From positions 1 to 64,000 of the IMG/VR virus record IMGVR_UViG_3300028394_002328: a DNA stretch of 64,000 nt; one strand, given 5' to 3'. The notes beneath the pieces are model-generated. The model saw only the letters and a program-made list of their open reading frames with translations, ran no database searches and was not told the origin of the DNA. Each line of letters starts with the position of its first letter. The stretch's first letter is position 1. Both the position numbers and the translations under genes were made by a program. Below are positions 60,801 through 64,000 of the stretch, piece by piece.

Positions 60801-63800
60801 TCTGAATTTGATTTTAGTTGGCATCCAGATTCTACAAGTCCACCATATATCTATAGATTTCCCACTCAGTGGGCAATCAGTGGTGGTCCAACATATACTA
60901 TAATTGGTGCAACAGAGATAAAATATTTGGATACGATTAAGGTCAAAGCGCTACCTTGCAAAGATAATTGGGAATTTGATTCCAATATTATTGACAATGA
61001 AAACTTTGACTTTAGTTGGCATCCATATGCGGAAGACGAACCTTTTATATACCAATTTGGAACCCAGTGGCAAAAAACAGGTGGACCAAGGTATTTAACA
61101 CCTGGTATACATAAAAATAGCCCTGTAAAATATATTGACACTAGAATTATAAAAGCAAATAGATTACCTAATAAAGATAATTTTATCATCATTGATAATA
61201 ATGTAATTGATAGCTTTGATTACTCATGGCACCCTGATGAAACCGAAGAGCCATTTGTGTATATATTTGGTAACAATCAGTATCCAGCTGAGATAATGCC
61301 TACACTAAAATATGTTGTAGAAGGTGCTACAAAAATAAAGTATGTTAATGATATAGTTGCTATACTAGGTGAAAACAAAACTTATTGGGAAATACCTGAA
61401 GGTGTAGATGTAATTGAGTTTGATTTTAGTTGGGTACCTAATCCTAAAGATCCTGCATACATTTATGAATTTGGTACACAATGGAATGATAGGGGAGGTC
61501 CAAAATATGTTCCACCTAATAAAGGGCTTAGATTGGGTTCGGGTAAGATCATTGGTCAATATAAGTATGTCAGTGATCAAATTGCTACCTTGGGGGAAAA
61601 TAAAACAAATTGGATTATACCTGATAATATTGATATTACGGATTTTGATTTTAGTTGGGTTCCGCATCCCGATGACCCACCGTATATATATGAGTTTGGT
61701 ACACAGTGGCAAAAAACAGGTGGTCCAAAGTATGTAGTTTCAGGTTATACTGAAGTTAAATATGTTGCTACCCTTAAAGCTAGAATATTACCTAACAAAG
61801 ATAATTGGGAAGTACCTGAAAATATTGACAGTGCGAGTTTTGATTTTAGTTGGCATCCAGATGCAACTGAAGAACCCTATGTATATAAATTTGGAACCCA
61901 GTGGCAAAAAACAGGTGGACCAAGGTATTTAACACCTGGTATACATAAAAATAGCCCTGTAAAATATATTGATCCTAAAGTTCTTAGTAGTAAGAGATTG
62001 CCTAATAAAGAAAATTTTACTATAATAGATAATATTATTGTTGCTCATTTTGACTATAGTTGGCATCCTGACGAAACCGAAGAACTATATGTATATGTAT
62101 TTGGTAATAATTATTATCCAGCAGAGATAATGCCAACTGTTCAATACATACCTAAAGGTGCGATAATATCGGCATCAGGTAACCCCATTGAACAAATAAA
62201 ATATGTTAGTGGTGTGGTCGCTATACTAGGTGAAAATAAAACCAATTGGATAATACCTAAAGATATTGATCAACCCTCTTTTGATTTTAGTTGGGTTCCG
62301 CACCCAAACGATGAACCTTACATATATCAATTTGGTACACAACATCAAAAAACAGGTGGGCCGCAGTATGTACCAACTGCTATACCTAGGTTAGCATCAG
62401 GTTCTGCAATTGGTCAGGTTAAATATGTTGATGGTATAAAGGCTAAAAAGCTACCTAATAAAACTAATTGGACTAATCCTAGCAAAGTGGACGTTAGTAC
62501 ATTTGATTTCAGTTGGCACCCGGATGATACGTCACCTCCTTACATATATCAATTTGGTACATTATTAGATAGAGAAGATGGACCTAGGTATATGACTCCA
62601 AAGACTAATGGAGTGATTGTTTATTTGGAAAAAGTTGAAAAGGAAATTGAGGAAGTAGTAGAAGAAATTGTAAAAGACACTTTTCCCAAATATTATATTA
62701 CTACTACACTTGATGATTTAGTAAAACAACATCCAAATGAAATGTTTTGGGCATTAAACCCTGATTTGGATTATAGTGAATTTGATTTTGATTGGAGACC
62801 CAATATTGACAGATCACAATATGAGTCTGAATACGTTCATGCATTTGGTTCGAGTGAAAGTGAAAAAACACAAACTTATCTAGTTAATAGTACAATGTGG
62901 GAGAAAGGTCTTAGAGAATTAAATTGGGTTGTTGATAAAAAACTTGATGATGAAACCTTGTTTAAAATGTTCAAAAAGCCTGACATATTCTTCGTAGATA
63001 AAAGCAACCTAGAATCTCAAGCAAGGTACGAACAACTTAAAACTAAGTTTCCCAACATACAAAAAACACGTTACCTAAACAGTTGGGTCGATACTATCAA
63101 TCGTTGCATCAACAGGGCAAGTAATAACTTGTGTTGGATATTAAACAGCGAGCTAGACTATACTAATTTTGATTTTGATTATTATCCTAATCCATGGCAA
63201 ATGAAAATGGTCCATGTATTTGGAACACAATGGAGTCATTGGGGAACTACATTCATGATCAACCGTGAGACATTTGCTGAAGATACCAAGTGGATTAAAA
63301 TAATAGAGCATTTGAATAATCTTAATTTCGTAAAAGATAGAACTGCAATTGCTACTGATAATATATATGACATATATGTAGTAGACCATGGTAATAAAGA
63401 AACTGCAAAAGTTGTTCAACAATTAACCAATAAAGCATCAGGTAAATTAGTTAATACTATACCATACTCTGAAAATTATCTACTGACCTTTAAGAAATTA
63501 TTAAAACAACTTCTAGAAAAGAAAGAACACTATATTTGGATATGCAGTAGCATATGTGATTATAGCGATTTTGATTTTAGTTATGTTTGTGATCCTTTTG
63601 CCCGTGAGCAATTACATGTATTTCCTAGCGATAAACAAAAGTTAGGTGATACCTTTTTAGTTAATATTAATAAGTTTCGTGAATTAATTGATAATATGAC
63701 TTTATTAAATGAGTATAATAAAATCAATTATAACCAACATCAAACCGTTAAAAGATTAGATTCACCTACTATAATTACTAATTACGATTCGCATGTATTA

Positions 63801-64000
63801 AGTGTAATGGAAGACTTTGACTTCCCGTATGCTGTATTCTTATCAGAAGATAATAAAGATTTAAAAGTTACCGATGAAGAACCAATTAGTTTATGGAGTA
63901 GTGATACTAAGAACATTGTTATTACTAGTACTGGTGGAACAAGAATAGTAGTTCCTAAAGAAGCTAAAAATTATGTAGACACACAATTGTATGATTATCC
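57810..64000 (+). CDS. Giant tandem-repeat protein (>2,060 aa, 3'-truncated) with degenerate GT-A-like C-terminal domains; absent from the ORF track
   Basis: Translated by hand from ATG 57810 (MRDVFYYGEKPNVHPKEK...); I found no in-frame stop before the window end (...KNYVDTQLYDY). Confidence 0.88.
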   Translation, partial: MRDVFYYGEKPNVHPKEKFATSIEDARRQSTTEHFWIINEFCDYRNFDWDFDFEFLPDEDVWAEDHNNVWPSQHQKDSGTWLCSKKNSDIIIYRADVDPVIRKNIKNDHWVLLDLIDENKFDFSWHPDPTDPPYNYKWGCKFFPVELQACLEYRIDGAFKTKYMKEIVELLPQYDRWVEVQEIDKLAFDMSWRPNPLDPPMNYIWGNKYIDGNLRSTLEYRIPGAIDTKYMPDLISVVPEWDKWVEVQKVNKSTFDFTWRPDPREPAYIYTWGNKYIDSELRPTLEYHCEGATERKYMSNDVEVLPEWDKWEILHPIDKSTFNFTWRPDPREPNLNYVFGNNQYDSTKMPTIIYKMEGATDEKHMPSNAKLLPQPNRFQHLEDSYGIDYSWVPDPTSPPYIYVWGNQWNNPQDKISIQYVVEGATEYNYMAERAIRKPCKDNWEIPNNVDITGFDFSWEPSPADQPYIYQFGTQWQKTGGPRYLTPGVHKNSDVKYVDLQKVKMLPSKDNFIILDNVVVDDFDYSWHSDETEEPYIYVFGNNLYSAEIMPTIQYVPKNAVRAASGKSIGQIKYVNDIIATLGENRNNWVINQPIDETKFDFSWVPNPKDPAYIYRWGNKYISNVYKPTIEYIVEGATEIKYMDDSVAVLPEFDRWYIPSNIDDTGFDYTWRPDPLEPVLIWQFGTQWQKTGGPRYTMPGAIEVKYVSIHKVKALPNKDNWTIPKNIDISNFDFSWHPDDTSPPYIYRFPTQWAMSGGPIYTVVGATEVKYIDTFRAKALPSIDNWEFDSNNIDLSNFDFSWHPYAEDEPFIYQFGTQWQKTGGPRYLTPGVHKNSPVKYIDTRIIKAKRLPNKNNFIIIDNNVIDNFDYSWHPDETEEPFVYIFGNTQYPAEIMPTIKYVVEGATQIKYINDVVAVLGENKKVWHIPDNIDDSSFDYTWVPNPKDPPYIYEFGTHWQKTGGPIYAVKDATEVKYIDYQKVTALPNKDNWTIPGNVDISEFDFSWHPDSTSPPYIYRFPTQWAISGGPTYTIIGATEIKYLDTIKVKALPCKDNWEFDSNIIDNENFDFSWHPYAEDEPFIYQFGTQWQKTGGPRYLTPGIHKNSPVKYIDTRIIKANRLPNKDNFIIIDNNVIDSFDYSWHPDETEEPFVYIFGNNQYPAEIMPTLKYVVEGATKIKYVNDIVAILGENKTYWEIPEGVDVIEFDFSWVPNPKDPAYIYEFGTQWNDRGGPKYVPPNKGLRLGSGKIIGQYKYVSDQIATLGENKTNWIIPDNIDITDFDFSWVPHPDDPPYIYEFGTQWQKTGGPKYVVSGYTEVKYVATLKARILPNKDNWEVPENIDSASFDFSWHPDATEEPYVYKFGTQWQKTGGPRYLTPGIHKNSPVKYIDPKVLSSKRLPNKENFTIIDNIIVAHFDYSWHPDETEELYVYVFGNNYYPAEIMPTVQYIPKGAIISASGNPIEQIKYVSGVVAILGENKTNWIIPKDIDQPSFDFSWVPHPNDEPYIYQFGTQHQKTGGPQYVPTAIPRLASGSAIGQVKYVDGIKAKKLPNKTNWTNPSKVDVSTFDFSWHPDDTSPPYIYQFGTLLDREDGPRYMTPKTNGVIVYLEKVEKEIEEVVEEIVKDTFPKYYITTTLDDLVKQHPNEMFWALNPDLDYSEFDFDWRPNIDRSQYESEYVHAFGSSESEKTQTYLVNSTMWEKGLRELNWVVDKKLDDETLFKMFKKPDIFFVDKSNLESQARYEQLKTKFPNIQKTRYLNSWVDTINRCINRASNNLCWILNSELDYTNFDFDYYPNPWQMKMVHVFGTQWSHWGTTFMINRETFAEDTKWIKIIEHLNNLNFVKDRTAIATDNIYDIYVVDHGNKETAKVVQQLTNKASGKLVNTIPYSENYLLTFKKLLKQLLEKKEHYIWICSSICDYSDFDFSYVCDPFAREQLHVFPSDKQKLGDTFLVNINKFRELIDNMTLLNEYNKINYNQHQTVKRLDSPTIITNYDSHVLSVMEDFDFPYAVFLSEDNKDLKVTDEEPISLWSSDTKNIVITSTGGTRIVVPKEAKNYVDTQLYDY
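58140..62620 (+). repeat. ~22 tandem coding repeats of ~195-231 bp (consensus W.IP..ID...FDFSWHP....PYIY.FG.QWQKTGGP.Y......KY......LP.K)
   Basis: FD(F/Y)(S/T)W motif starts at about 58170, 58371, 58572, 58773, 58968, 59169, 59373, 59604, 59805, 60000, 60198, 60408, 60612, 60807, 61005, 61215, 61419, 61644, 61839, 62049, 62280 and 62502. Confidence 0.88.
61054..61972 (+). repeat. 85-bp perfect direct repeat (61054-61138 and 61888-61972)
   Basis: Identical sequence 'aatttggaacccagtggcaaaaaacagg...ccctgtaaaatatattga' at both sites. Confidence 0.85.

Noticed and set aside
58140-62620. CRISPR array or diversity-generating retroelement in the repeat region
   Set aside because: Repeats are ~200-bp in-frame coding units with synonymous variation. 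There is no constant repeat/spacer structure, no evident adenine-specific TR/VR pattern, and no cas or reverse transcriptase gene in the window.
58950-63422. Short ORFs listed by the track in 58.9-63.4 kb
   Set aside because: They are shadow ORFs overlapping the long open frame from 57810.
1-64000. Type VI secretion or eCIS locus, or alternative genetic code
   Set aside because: T4-like gp5-gp25-gp6 order, tail fibres and late promoters indicate a phage; very long ORFs are intact under code 11.

Overview
This window is an AT-rich, gene-dense fragment of a large T4-like (probably jumbo) myophage genome with three parts. (1) About 1-31.1 kb is a baseplate/tail module: a partial hub protein, a gp5-like spike with a long C-terminal extension, gp25-like and gp6-like wedge proteins, a 6,344-aa modular virion protein, and tail-fibre genes. 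(2) About 31.1-57.8 kb is a contiguous ~27-kb cluster of ~25 enzyme genes: three GT-A-like glycosyltransferases, six tandem radical SAM enzymes (five with an N-terminal twitch/SPASM-like domain), four copies of a GT10-like domain (two fused to a nucleotide-sugar dehydrogenase or a 2OG-Fe(II)-type oxygenase), three SGNH-like proteins, an inverted epimerase/C-methyltransferase cassette, a B12-binding radical SAM enzyme, a DegT-like aminotransferase, an amidinotransferase and a carbamoyltransferase. (3) From 57810 to beyond 64000 is a >2,060-aa ORF absent from the supplied ORF track, built from ~22 tandem ~65-77-aa W/P/Y-rich repeats followed by degenerate GT-A-like domains. A TAAATA late-promoter-like motif precedes both structural and enzyme operons. 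My best hypothesis (inference) is a late-expressed, phage-encoded pathway that builds and heavily tailors a glycan using aminoglycoside-like chemistry, probably to decorate the virion. Two small unannotated ORFs were also found. All family assignments come from motif recognition by eye; no searches were run. I saw no tRNA, rRNA, CRISPR array or mobile element.
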